A DNA stretch of 64,000 bases, taken from NCBI GenBank assembly GCA_028534125.1, contig CM052818.1:8124001-8188000 (forward strand). The letters run 5' to 3'. The DNA is from Lama glama (Eukaryota). Below, in pieces: positions 1 to 12,439 of the stretch (within the stretch, counting starts at the first letter, position 1; each line of letters opens with the position of its first letter). The notes beneath the pieces are model-generated. The model was not told the DNA's origin and did not search any database. It worked only from the letters and a program-made list of their open reading frames with translations. A program made the translations under genes and the position numbers.

Positions 1-2530
1 ACGGAAATTTAGAAGAAATTCAATGAGATAGTTTAAGTTGGAACCATTTTTTTGTTTAATCTGCTGCCAAGAAATTCTCTTGCTTAAGGGAAGAGAAAAA
101 GGCCAAATACTTTGTTGTATTTGTAAAGTGCTAGGATTGCATTACCCCTTGTATGTTGGTTAGTCAGTATTTTAATACTCTAAAGAAAAAGTTATTTAGA
201 TAATGGAATAAGTCCTAAACAGTAAAGATTATCATCGAGAATATTAAATTAAAGATGAGGAAAAGGAGCACCATGCCAGGTAGGAAAATAGCTGGCATCA
301 CTCACTGGTAAAGGTGAGGACTCAGGCTGCCCGAGTCCAGATTGGACTCTCTGGATAAACAATAAAATACTACATTGATTTTAATTTCATAAAGTATGCA
401 GGGTGAAGTCATAGTACTAAATTTGTGATGACAGACAAGTATACTGCATGGGTTTTTTAAATAAATGTTTTTTGGATACAATTTTGTTTTTATGTTGACA
501 GTACAGGAAGTACACGGACATCTTCTTGTTTCTTGGCCTTTTTTGTCTTTAGCAAGTATGGAAAATTGTCTTGACAGTCTTCCTTCAAAACCAAATGAAT
601 CTAAACTTTAAAACTTACTTCCCATGTCCTTATGTGACACCTTTTTGTGTGTGTTGGAAGTGGTCAGTTTTTGTAAAGAAATGCTTCTTATAAATGTAAA
701 CTGTTGAGCCTAACATTAAAGGTAGAAGGCAGTAGGAGTACGATCTTGATAAAGTAGCTAAATAAAGTGGTTGTTATAATAAAGTTTTAAAGAGATTATA
801 CAGTTTAATTCATTGAGCTGGAAGAACTTACCAATGAAAGGTGTCTTGAAAAAAGTTCAGTTGTGTTATCCTTTACTCTCACACTCACAATGCTCTGATG
901 CCAGATGTTGGGGTTTTTTCCCACACTGACCAATTCTCTGACACCAACTGGGTGTTCTGCAATTCAATTCTGACATTAACCAGAGTTAATGCAGGCCCCA
1001 CATGTTAAGGGCTCAGTCTCATAAGACTACCCCTACGTCAGATGCCATTCACAAGTAACAGATCTCCAGGTTACTTACAGCTTCTATCTGACTTGGCTAC
1101 AAATCGGAGGTTGCTACTATTCCCTTAACAGGTTCATTAATATTCCTAGAATGGCTCACAAAACCCAGGGAAAAGCATTTACTTACTGTCACCAATATTT
1201 TAAAGGACACAAACAGCAGATGAAGAGTTGCACAGGGCAAGTTATGTGGGAAAGGACTCCAAGTTGCCATGCCCTCTCCCGGTGCACCACCTTCCCAGCA
1301 CCTCCATGTGTTCACCAGTCCAGAAGCTGTCTGAACCCCCTCCTTTTGGGTGTTTATTGAGGCTGTATTACATAGGCATGATTGATTAAATAATTGGCCA
1401 TTGGTGATTAATTCAACCTCTAGCCCCCTTTTCCTCCCCTCTGCCTGGAAGTCCAGGAGTGGGGCTGAAATTCTAACCCTCTGATCATGTGGCTGGTTTC
1501 CTTGACAACCAGCCCGCTTCTGTAGAGTCTTTCACAAAGTCACCTCGTTAATATAAACTCAGGTATGGTTGAAAGGGACTTGTTATGAATAACAGAAAAC
1601 TTTTACTTTCACCTTTTTGGCTCCTTATCACTTAGGAAATTCCAAAGACTTTTTAGGAGCTCCATGTCACAAACAGGACAAAGATCAAATATATATTTCT
1701 TATTATAAATCACAGTATCACAGAAGGCACATGCAACTTTGCCTAAACTAAGTTCAGAAGGTGATTGTTCACCTCTGCCTCCATGAAATTGAACAGTCCT
1801 CCAGAATTACTGAATAGGGAAGTATTAACAAGTAAGAGCTTTTTATTATAAACAAATAGGGAAACTATAATAGGAGTTCCTAGATATTGATGAAATAAAA
1901 AGGCAAAACACTTCAAATGAATGTGCTACATATGAAGCTTATTTTACTAACATGGAAATCGATTATAAAGGACTAGTAGTTAATTCAGTTTTACTTGTTT
2001 ATTTCCCCTATTAACAATAAGACTATTGTTTTCTGACCCAAATGGTATTATGTGATTGTGGCACAGAGAGTCATGTTTTTTAAACATTTATGAAATAGTA
2101 AACAAAATGTTGGGAAAGGGAGCTTTATTGTCTAGAAGTAAAAATATCATGTTTATGAAATAGTGGTTGGAAAATGTATTGATGTCTGCATTTTCCTTGG
2201 CACTGCAACAAAAAAATAAGATGAACTGATGGATAGAAAGGGAGTTGTATAGATTTGTGATAAAACAGTACTGTAAAATGATGATAAAATCTAAGTGGTA
2301 AAAATATATGTTCTGTCAACTATCCTGGATGTTTGAAACTTTTTATAATATGTTGGAGGATAATATATATTATGTTAGAGTCAATATTTATACTTAGAAA
2401 TCAGGAAAAAAGTAGTCTTTTAGAAATGGCAGTTGGCTTATGCAAAATATATATGCTAGTCAAAAATAAACTGTTTTGTGACTAAAAAGTTGTTAACCAA
2501 TTTGATTTCTAAATGGCTTTTTAAATTTTA
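1..2530 (+). mobile_element. possible highly decayed Mutator/MULE-like transposase fossil, split by the MER21-like LTR
   Basis: Ordered degenerate motifs across frameshifts: FVMTDK (422-439), FLC*QY (487-504), FKTYF, WKW, and a possible SWIM-like remnant near 1760-1790. Recognised by eye only. Confidence 0.25.
864..1722 (-). mobile_element. MER21-like solo LTR (ERVL class)
   Basis: TGT...ACA termini. The minus strand starts tgtgatactgtgatttataataagaaatatatatttg, like the MER21 consensus. Explains ORFs 1097-1315 and 1151-1360. Confidence 0.8.
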
Positions 2531-3984
2531 CTTTTCACTAATGGAGCATGATATAAATAAAACAATTATACACAATCCAAAGAACAGTTACCTCAGGATA
2601 TTTAGGGACTCAGAATTATCTGCAGAGAAAAACTTTCTGGTCAGATCATCCATTTAATAGGTATTATATTTAAAATTTTTGTTTAAAGCATGGTTGAGCT
2701 GGAAGGAAACTAAGGGAAACACTCAAAAGTTGAAATGACAAGGATGCTTGATTCCACAAGAGTAAGCAAAGTGCCTCAAGGGCATCTGCTGGCACCTGGC
2801 AGTGAGGTGCTTGGTTTATAAAGGCTGTGTACTCAGAGGATTGGAGACAAAGCCTAGGGCTCAAGCAGAGTGGGAGATTGGATCAGACATTCCCCACATC
2901 AAACTAAGACCCTTGAAGAGCGGCATCTTCCCTAAGAGAACTAGAAGGAAGGAAGGTATGAGATACAAGAAAGAATGGTAGGCAAAGAATAATGTTAAAC
3001 TTGTGGGAACCTAAAGAAAAATTAATCATATAAAACATAAACACTAATATCTAATCTAAGTGGTTAAAAGTTAACATAAAATAGATAAGATAAAGTTAAG
3101 ATAAAAAGTTAAGACAGTGGCAACATATAAATCAGAAGAGGAGTGAAGAAGTTAAAGAACTCTGAGGTCTTTGATTTTTCAAGAGGAAGGTAGAGATACT
3201 TGTTAGTACTAGGTCTTGTTAAGTAAAATATATACATGGTGGAATTTCTAGGGTAGTCACTAAAAGAATGGAAATACAGTATATAATTTTCAGAGTGAAA
3301 ATGTTGGATGAGGAAAAGAAAATTCAACCCCAAAAGAGGCAACAATTAGTGAGAGAGTACAGCATTAAAGGGGAGGAAACATAGAAAAAAGGATGAAAAA
3401 CAGAAAACACATAATGAGGTAGTAGAAATGAAATCTAAAAATCAATAATCATTGTTAATGTCAGTGGGTTAAAATTTTCACTTGCAGAGATTGTTGAAAC
3501 AGATTTTTTCCCAAGTTTTTACAAGAGATACCTAAAACAGAAAGTTTAAAAGCTAGAGAATGGAAAAAAAGTATAGTAGGTGAATTCCTAAAAGAGAGCT
3601 AGTCATGTTACATAAATAGTCTTTAAAGCAAAATCATTAGTAGAGATTACCAGAGATCCATATTGATATAAAAGTCAATTCACCAGGAAGATATAACAAT
3701 TCTAACTGTATATTAAGAACACATAAAATAAAAATTGATGACTACACTTTCATAGTTAGAGATTTTAATTCCCTTCCTGTGGTAATTGATAGATTCAGTG
3801 AACAAAGTATCAATAAGGAAATAGAGAATAGAATAATATAATTAAAAGCTTGATTTAACAGACATATATTCAGTACTGTATACAATTGGAGATTATACTT
3901 TTTTTTACGAGCAATCAAAAACACTTTTTTTAAACTGACCTTGTTCTGGCCATAAAGTCCATGAAAATTTCAAAGGATCAGTTA

Positions 3985-4780
3985 TACTTACTTAACAATA
4001 CCTGAGTGCCACATACCAGGCACTATAGTTAGAGGTAAGATATAGCAATTAACAAAACAGACACATACAAAAAAATCTATGACATCATAAAGTTTATGTT
4101 TAGTGAAGGAAACATGTAAATAAGGAGGTAAAATATATTGAATGTTAGGTAGTAATATGTACCATGAAGGAGAACAAAGAAGCAACAGAAACTATGGAGT
4201 ATGGGGTGGTGAGGCCTCATTAAGAAGGTGAAATATGAGTTAAATCCTCAGTTTGGCTGGAACAGTGAATGAGAGGCAGAATAACAAGAGACTGGGTCAG
4301 AGGGGTAGCAGGTGGCTCAGTAATATAGGACTTTTGTTGGCTATTGTAAGGAATTGAAATTTTTCTCGTGAATAATAAGGGAAGTAAATAGATGATTTGG
4401 AACCAACCAGTGAATGAATCACTCCAATGATATGTTAAGAATAGACCTTTGAAGGGCAAGAGCAAGGAGACCATTTGGGAGGCTACTGCAATAATTGAAT
4501 GAGAAATGGTGGCCATACAGAGCAGACCAGTAACACAAGAGATGAAGATAGAGTGGTTGGAGTTTGGACATACTGAAGGTTAGCTAACAGCATTTGCCAA
4601 CAAATTGGACAAAGAATTCATATTCTTAGATAGATAGATAAGTCAAGGATGACTTCAAGTGTTTCGATCTCAGCAACTAGAAAGATGGAGTTGCCATTGA
4701 CACTACTGGTAAGACTGAAGAAAGAACAGGTAGTGGGAAAAGGTCACAAGATTGGTTTTGAACATATTCAGTTTAAGGAA
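3985..4780 (-). mobile_element. L2 LINE fragment
   Basis: ccaggcactatagttagagg...aacaaaacagac and gtcaaggatgacttcaag...gatggagttgccatt are typical antisense L2 motifs. Confidence 0.75.
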
Positions 4781-4879
4781 TTCAGAGGTGATTTCTGAGA
4801 CAGAGTTATAAAGGGAAACACATAGCCTTAAATGTTTATATTAGAGCAGAAGAAAGACTCAAAACTAAAGAGCCATGCA

Positions 4880-5420
4880 GTTTGAAATATTATTTACAAT
4901 AGCTAAGATATGGAAGCAACCTAAATGTCCATCAATAAATGAATGGGTAAAGAAGATGTGGTATATGTTAACACAATGGAATATTATGAAGTCATAAAAA
5001 ATGAAACCTTGCCACTTGGAAAAACATGGACAGACCTTGAAGGTCTTATGCTAAGTGAAATAAGGCAGACAGAAAAAGACAAATACCATGATTTTACTTA
5101 TATATGGAATCTAAAAAACAAAACAAATTAACACACATGAAAAAACAGAAATGGACTTATAGATTCAGAGAACAAAGGTGGTAGCCAAAGAGGAGATGGA
5201 GGGGGAATGAGTAACATAGGTGAAGGAGAGTAATAGGTACAATCTTCTAGTTAGAAAATAAATGAGTCTTAGGGATGAAATGTACAGCATGGGGAATATA
5301 GTCAAAATATTATAATAACTTTATATGGGGACAGATGGTAACTAGACTTACTGTGGTGATCATTTTGTAATGTATAGAGATATTAAATCACTGTAACAGT
5401 AGGTTATACTTCAGTTTTGA
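4880..5420 (+). mobile_element. 5'-truncated L1 3' end with TSD
   Basis: ORF2 C-terminus (…TWTDLEGLMLSEIRQTEKDKYH) plus 3'UTR. TSD aaaga(g/a)ccatgca at 4867-4879 and 5421-5433. Confidence 0.9.
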
Positions 5421-8400
5421 AAAGAACCATGCAATGTAAGAAATTAAAAACAGTAAGGTGAAGCTAAAAAATTAGTAGGAAGGAAATAATAAAGATACGT
5501 TCAAAAATTAATGAAAAAAATTGTAGAAGAGGGTTAATAAAGCTAAGCATCTTTTCTTTGACAAGATAAGTAAAATAGAAAATAGTGAACAATATTAGGG
5601 ATATAAAAGGGACCTAATGATAGACATATCAGAGATTTAAAAAACTGAAATAAAGGAAATAGTATGAACAACTTCATTACAACAAACTTGATAAATCAAG
5701 TGAAATGGCAAATTTCTTAGAGAAATAAAAATAACCAAAATTAACTAAAAAGAAATACAATATCTGAATAGCTCCATAACCATTAAAAAAATTAAATTAC
5801 AAATTATCATTTTTCCCACAAAGTAAGCCACAATTCCAAGGTGTTTTTAAGAAGTGAGGTTCCATCACTACTTATACCACTTTTTCTTTGTTTTTTTTAA
5901 AGTCCTTTTTTCAAATGCGTATTTATTTACACAGTTGTAATCACTGGGTACATGAAATTTTAAAGAAAAAAATTCTAAGAACTGATTCACTATGATAGCC
6001 TTCTAAGAGACTTTTTCTTTCTTTGATATGGTACTCAGATTTAAGGATTGTTTAGCCCTGGAAAGTAGCCCACATACATTTAAACAGACCTTTGTTTAAG
6101 GAAAAGATGAAAGAGCAAAAAGGGAAAATAAGCAGAAGAGAACAAGGACAAAACCTTAAGGCCTTTAATGGAAAGCAGCTAGATGTGCTTTTATAGATGA
6201 AGGAGCTTGTTTTCATGTGGGCCCAGTTAGGGCTGGTTGGGAAGGAAAACTGGGCAGAGGTGCACCTTGGATTCCTGCCAAAGGGTGAGGGGCCCTCCAC
6301 CATAATGACAATTTGAAAAAAGGTGGTGATACTAATCAGTATCAGACAAAATTGGCAGAGGGCAGGTACAAATAACTTGAAGGCCATTTTGTGAACAAAT
6401 CTGGCACACTTTGCTCTTCTTCCTGAAGGTTCCCTTTTCACAGTTAATCAGGGCTATGAGCCAGGGGTGTGGCCCAAAACATCCAAAATGTTTTGCACTT
6501 GGCAGTGTGGCTTTCCTTACAGCATCGCCTCCCTATATTGCTGACATTCCTGTTCAGATATTATGTCTAAAAATCTAAACGGGTAAAAAGTGCATTGTTA
6601 AGAGGAAAGCCAAGATTATCTGAAAAGCTATCATAATAACCACTCTCTTCCACTTGAATTACTGTAGTGGCTTAAGAACTCTTGTCCAGTGTGAGAGAAA
6701 TAGACTAGATTCATTGTAGAGATGGAGCTAAGAGTAGGGATAGTCTGCTTATTAGGCATCATATTGAATGGATGAATCTTGAGACTTTTCTTTCACCCTA
6801 GTCGTTATTATTTTCAATTGTGATGTACAAAATTTGTTTTGTGCCTAAATTTAGTTCTATTCAAAGTTGCTTGTTGCTCATTTTCTCTTGCATGTAACTC
6901 CCCACTGTCTTCTCTGTTACTTTTATACAGTGAGTGATATACTAGGGCATGGGTGAAAGGCCACATTTATAAATAAGTCAACTGTGTCTGCAGACTCAGC
7001 ACTTCTGATCAAGACAGTTGTTGACCTCAAACCCCAGACTGGCCCCTGCTGATGCTTCTTATCAGGAAGTCTTTCTTTAGTTTGGCAAATGAAAGGGATT
7101 AAAAGACACTAGGACTTACATTCACTGTATTAAAGAAATGGTCTTTAAAGTACATTTGAGTATAGCACCCAGCCACAGTTGGAATGTACTAGAGATGACC
7201 ACAAACCTGTAACATGGACTATGTAACAAAGTTAGAGCTACATTACAGCTGTGGTGTGAGGAGAGTCTTTACCAACACAGCAAAAATCAAAGATGTCTTA
7301 TCAGAGAGTGAAGGACATGCATGGCACGCAGATTGTGGCTGATAAGAGAGACATGATGATTCTTGGCTGTTGATGCTCACAAGCACTTTATGAAGTCTAG
7401 GAGAAATTCTGCTTTGTTAGGTATTCTACACTGTTGGGGTCTGAAAAAAGACACACAAAAGAAGATACAGTCAACAATTAGACAGATTTTATTACATCTG
7501 CAGATCACATAGCTAAAGGAAAGACCATGATATAATATAACAAATGAACCTCAATAAATGTCTCAGAATGTCTACCTTTATGTGAAATATATTTGTTTAC
7601 TTTGTGTTTGATAAAAGTATAGACATAACTTTAATTATTCTTTAATCTTTTGTTCTATATTTAAGCTTAACAGAATTCAAAGAATTATGAACAGATAATA
7701 TAGCTTTATTTCCATTTATAGTAAGTACTGATACCCATCTGTTGTCTTCTAGAGGAGACAGGATAAGTAACATTCAGTTCCTATTGAAATGGCTGAAAAA
7801 AAAGACATGGTGAAATCTTTGGTGAACACTTTGGTCACATGTGGTTACTGCTATGAGAAGATATATTTGTCTTTTAGTTCATAGATTTCATAAATACATG
7901 TTGTTTAAACCTAAAGCCCTCCCATGAATTTAGCTTTTCCTGATCCACAGGCCTGTGCATTGTCATTATAGTTTTTAAGAACACTAAGCTACATTTTTTC
8001 CATCTTCTGATTGTAGAAGTAATACATGATTCTTTTTCACAATATAATTGCCTTCTTTTCGTGTCAGTAAATGTAGACCCACATCATGCATTCTAAGATG
8101 TACCACCGTATTTTATTCACCCATCCTCCTATCTATGGGTGTGGACTATTTCCAATTTTTTGCTTCTATAAAAAATGCTATAATAGACATCATACTCATA
8201 GATATGATAAGATACACATGCAGACATACACATCTTTACGCATTTATCTGATTATTTCCTGAGAATGAATTCTTGTAAGTGAATTTCCAAGTCAGAAGTT
8301 ATTCATATTTCTAAGATTCTTCGTATGTTTTGTCAAATGTCCCTGTCACTATTTTGTGAAATTATTCATCATACTTATAGTTGAAATAGTATCTCAAAGC

Positions 8401-8639
8401 ACTGACAGTTAAAGAGGTAAAATCTAACGCCTTCCTGTTTTAATTTTTTATGTATTAAAATCTGTCTTCTTATTGAAAAAAATTTTTAAATAATAAACTT
8501 TATTGTTTCAGTAGAGACTTCCTGTATACAATCTGTCCCCAACCTGCTTTAATATTAATTCTTTTTTTACTAATGGTAATTGCATACATTTTCATATATA
8601 TATGAGATATATATATAAGCTATTTATATTATTTTGTGA

Positions 8640-8862
8640 ATGGTTACTATTTAATGTGTGCCAGTTAAAGCTAAGGGCTTTAGAAATTTGATCACATTTC
8701 ATCTTCTCATCGTAGTATGTAAGCATATATTATCCTTGTTTTATAGCCAAGGATATTCATAGAGATTAAGTAACTTGCTCAACAATTATATATAATATGT
8801 GGCAGAGCAGAATTCTAACTTGAGTCCATCTAACCTCAAAGTCTGTGCCCTTCATCATCATG
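8640..8862 (-). mobile_element. MIR SINE
   Basis: attaagtaacttgctcaa...gtggcagagcagaattctaac, antisense MIR core. Confidence 0.7.
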
Positions 8863-8989
8863 AAACCGAACCACTTCAACAGATAAGTTCCTCTTTTCTA
8901 GAGGTATTTGATAAAAGAGGAGACTTTTACTGGCATGGAGGGTCTGTGCAGTGTAGGAGGGTAGCAGCAGAGAATTTTGAAAATGGGCA

Positions 8990-9150
8990 CATTCTTACTG
9001 CTCCGTAGCTTCAGTTTCTTGATTTGTAAATAAGGCTAATAATGGTATCTACCACATTGGGATACTGTTAGAATTAATATAAAAATCTCTAACAAAAGTA
9101 TATGGTACAATCTTGCACATAATAAGGACCCATTAATGCTATTATTGATT
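8990..9150 (+). mobile_element. MIR SINE
   Basis: cttcagtttcttgatttgtaaataaggctaataatggtatctacc core. Confidence 0.65.
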
Positions 9151-9203
9151 ATGGTATTGTAGAGGTTTAATTAGATGAAGATGGATGACATGATCTTTTA
9201 GAA

Positions 9204-9429
9204 CAGTATTTCCAACCTTTCCTCATTATTGCCACCCCAAGGAGAAAAAAAAATTACATTAAATGAATTAATTTCTTCCTAACAACATAAATTCAGAGGA
9301 ATAATATTTGTCAGGTAAGGTTAAGCTTTGGAGGGCCACAAACTACTGTAATAGCTAATATTTTTGTAATCACTAAAAACCAAGTTTTTGCCCCCTCAAA
9401 GGTGATACTGGTCCCATTGAGAATTCATG
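9204..9429. mobile_element. hAT-Charlie MITE (MER106-like)
   Basis: Termini cagtatttccaacc / attgagaattcatg; 8-bp TSD ttttagaa / tcttagaa. Confidence 0.75.
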
Positions 9430-9569
9430 TCTTAGAAGGAAATGCCTCCTTTTAAAATTAAACAACTCAAAATTTATCAAACTCACAGGAAATTTATCAT
9501 AGACTTGATGGAGGAAATGGGACTAAGTGAGATTTCCTCATTTTTATTTAGTGTAACTGTTAAAGATTA

Positions 9570-9712
9570 ATTTATTATTTTTGTTTGTTTTTGTTTTGGG
9601 GGAGGTAATTATGTTTATTTATTTACCTATTTATTTTAATGGAGATACTGGGGATTGAACCCAGGGCCTCCTGCATGCTAAGCACGCACGCTACACTGAG
9701 CTATAACCTCCC
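9570..9712 (-). mobile_element. tRNA-derived SINE (camelid Vic-1-like)
   Basis: Minus strand gggaggttatagctcagtgtagcgtgcgtgcttagcatgcaggaggccctgggttcaatccccagt (A/B boxes) plus A-rich tail. Confidence 0.85.
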
Positions 9713-9721
9713 ACTGATGTA

Positions 9722-11750
9722 TTCTTTTATTGACATTTAGTATTTACAATTTAAACTAGTTTCAGGTGTCAGTGTAGTGATTCCATATTTTTATAGATTA
9801 TACTCCATTTAAAACATGCTACAAAATAATGGCTATATTTCCCTGTCCTGTACAGTATATCCTTGTTGCTTATCTATTTGATATATAGTAATCTGTATCT
9901 CTTAATCCCATACCCCTATTTTACATCCCACCTTTCCTCTCCCCACTGGTAACCACTAGTTTGTTTTCTGTATCTGTGAGTTTGTATCTGTACATTTATT
10001 TCTTTTGTTTTTCACATTCCGCACATAAGTGGTAACACAGGTTGTCTCTGACTAATTTCACTAAGCATAACATTCTCTACATACATCCATGTTGCTGTAA
10101 ATGACAGAATTTCATTATTTTTAATGGCTTCCACTGTATATACAACCACATCTTCTTTATCCATTCATCTGCTGATGGACATTTGGGTTGCTTCCATATC
10201 TTGGCTACTGTAAATAATGCTGCTGTGAACACTGGGACACATGTTTCTTTTCAAATTTAGTGATTTCAGGGTTTTTTCTTCCAGATACATACCCAGGAGT
10301 GGAAATGCTAGATCACATGGTAGTTCTAGTTTTAGTTTTTTGAGGAGCCTCCTTTACTGTTTTCCATAATGACTACTGAGTTACATTCCCACCAACAGTG
10401 ACCAAGGGTTTCCTTTTCTCCAACATCTGTTATTTGTAGAATTTTTGATAGCTAGTTTGACAGATGATAAGATGATATCTCATTGTTTTCATTTACGTTT
10501 CTCTAATAATTAGTGATGTTGAGCATTTTTTCATGTGCCTTTTAACAATCTGTATACCTTCTTCGGAAAAATGTCTATTCAGGTCTTCTGCCCATTTTTT
10601 GACTTGGTTATTTTGTTGATATTGAGCTGTATGAACTGTTTGTATATTCTGGGTATTAACCCCTTAGCGGTCACATCATTTGATAATATTTTATCCTTTT
10701 CAGTAGGTTATCTTCATTTTGTCATTGGTTTCCTTTATGGTGCAAAAACTTTTTAATTTAATTAGGTCCTGTTTGTTTATTTTTGCTTTTCTTTCTTTTG
10801 CCTTAGAAGACAGATCCCCAAAAATATTGCTATGATTTATGTCAAAGAGTCATCTGCCTACTTTCTCTTTTAGGAATTTTATGGTCTCCAGTCTTTCATT
10901 TAGGTCTTTAATCCATTTTGAGTTCATTTTTCTATATTGTATGAGGAAATGCTCTAATCTCATGATTTTACATGTAGCTCTCCAATTTTGCCAGCACCGC
11001 TAATTGAAGAGACTATCTTTTCTCCATTGTATATTCTTGCCTACTTTGTTGTAGATTAACTGACCGTAGGGTTGTGGGTTTCTTTCTGAGCTCTCTATTT
11101 TGGTCCACTGATCTATGTGTCGGTTTTTTGGCCAGTACTATGCTGTTTTGATTACTTTATATTACAGTCTAAAGTCAGGGAGCATAATACCTCAAGATTT
11201 GTTCTATTTTCTCATGGTTGCTTTGGCTATTTGGGGTCTTTTATGATTCCATGTAAATTTTAAGATTATTTGTTCTAGTTCTGTGAAAAATGTCATGGGT
11301 AGTTTGATCGTGATTTAATTAAATCTATAGGTTGTTTTGGGTAGTATGGACATATAGCAATATTAATTCTTCCAATCTGAGAACACAGGATATCTTTCCA
11401 TTTCTTTGTATCACTTTCAGTTACCTTCATCAGTGTTTTATAGTTTTCAGAGTATCTAAGTCTAATCTCTTTGGTTAAGTTTATTTCTAGGTATTTTATT
11501 ATTTTTGGTGTGATTTTAAAGGGGCTTACGACACCTCTGAGGTGTACAGCTCCCTACATGATCACTTCTCTTCCCTTCCTACCTGATTCCCTGTGGATCT
11601 TTTATACAGCCTCAATTGTATGGGAGTCTTTCTGCCAGTTTCCAGTTAGTTTTCAATGAAAACTCTTCCACATATAGATGTCTTTTTTATGTTTTTGTGG
11701 GTATAGGTGAATTCCACATCCTTCTACTGTGTCTTCTTGATCCTAATCCA
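9722..11750 (-). mobile_element. internally deleted L1: 5'UTR start fused to distal ORF2 and 3'UTR
   Basis: 11750-11522 is an L1 5' end (ggatcaagaagacacagtagaaggatgtgg); 11521-9722 is ORF2 3' part and 3'UTR; TSD atttcctcat at 9532 and 11751. Confidence 0.85.
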
Positions 11751-11819
11751 ATTTCCTCATATTTTTAAGATTCTTTTAAATTCTGAGATTTTATTATCCT
11801 ATATTTCTCAGGCTCCTTT

Positions 11820-12233
11820 TGTTATGGAAACGACAGGCCAGCCAAGAAACAAGCACCACTCAGAGGGTTGGAGTACTCAGATGTATCACGCCAGCGGGCT
11901 CAGAGGGGCTTCTGCTCCGAAGCTCTGAGCACCTCCAAGACGTGCGCATGAGGTTTTCTAGGGTAAAGTACAAGCTTGAGGTATTCGGCCAACAGGCATG
12001 GAACAGCTTTAGCAGCATCATTATCACAAAAGTGGAGGCAGGGAGGCAGCAAACCAACATTCCAAAGCCAGATGTATCTCTTGGAAAATCCAGTTGGCTA
12101 GCAAGAAAACATGAACAGCAAACCAACACTAATTAACTTAGATTTACGAGTTAGTCCAGCAGAAGTCAGATCAGTATTCCAATACTTAGATTTGTGAGTT
12201 ATCTTGTTAGCCCAGCCCGGCTTCTCCTTCACA
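11820..12233 (-). mobile_element. ERV1-class solo LTR, 414 bp
   Basis: TG...CA termini, perfect 4-bp TSD CTTT (11816-11819 and 12234-12237), retained CpGs, internal direct repeats. Confidence 0.85.
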
Positions 12234-12439
12234 CTTTGAATAGAAAAATTGTCTCTCTTCCTAAGGTAGCCTTTTCCTACTTAATTTGTTCTATATTTTC
12301 CAAGTCCTAAGTGAACAGTTAACGGTTTATCAGTATAAGTCATGAAGAGTGGCACACGTAGTTTATTGTGGATTCAAATAACATTTACAAAAATGTTTCC
12401 CTGACATATTTAATACTATTCATAATCATAATCTTGCTA

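Larger units (their letters stand above)
2700..5850 (+). mobile_element. ancient L1M-type LINE fragments (inter-ORF region, ORF2 endonuclease start), interrupted by L2 and a younger L1
   Basis: A-rich; ataatcattgttaatgtcagtgggttaaaa resembles the ORF2 start ITLNVNGLN; resumes at about 4790 and about 5430. Confidence 0.65.

Noticed and set aside
5850..5880. ttccatcactactt resembling the end of the preceding WDPCP exon (FFHHLL)
   Set aside because: The surrounding translation does not match WDPCP and there is no donor; that exon is probably upstream of the window
6052..6441. 129-aa minus-strand ORF
   Set aside because: Non-ATG start, no recognisable homology or exon structure, antisense within an intron
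11819..12136. 105-aa ORF
   Set aside because: Lies entirely within a solo LTR; no gag, pol or env similarity
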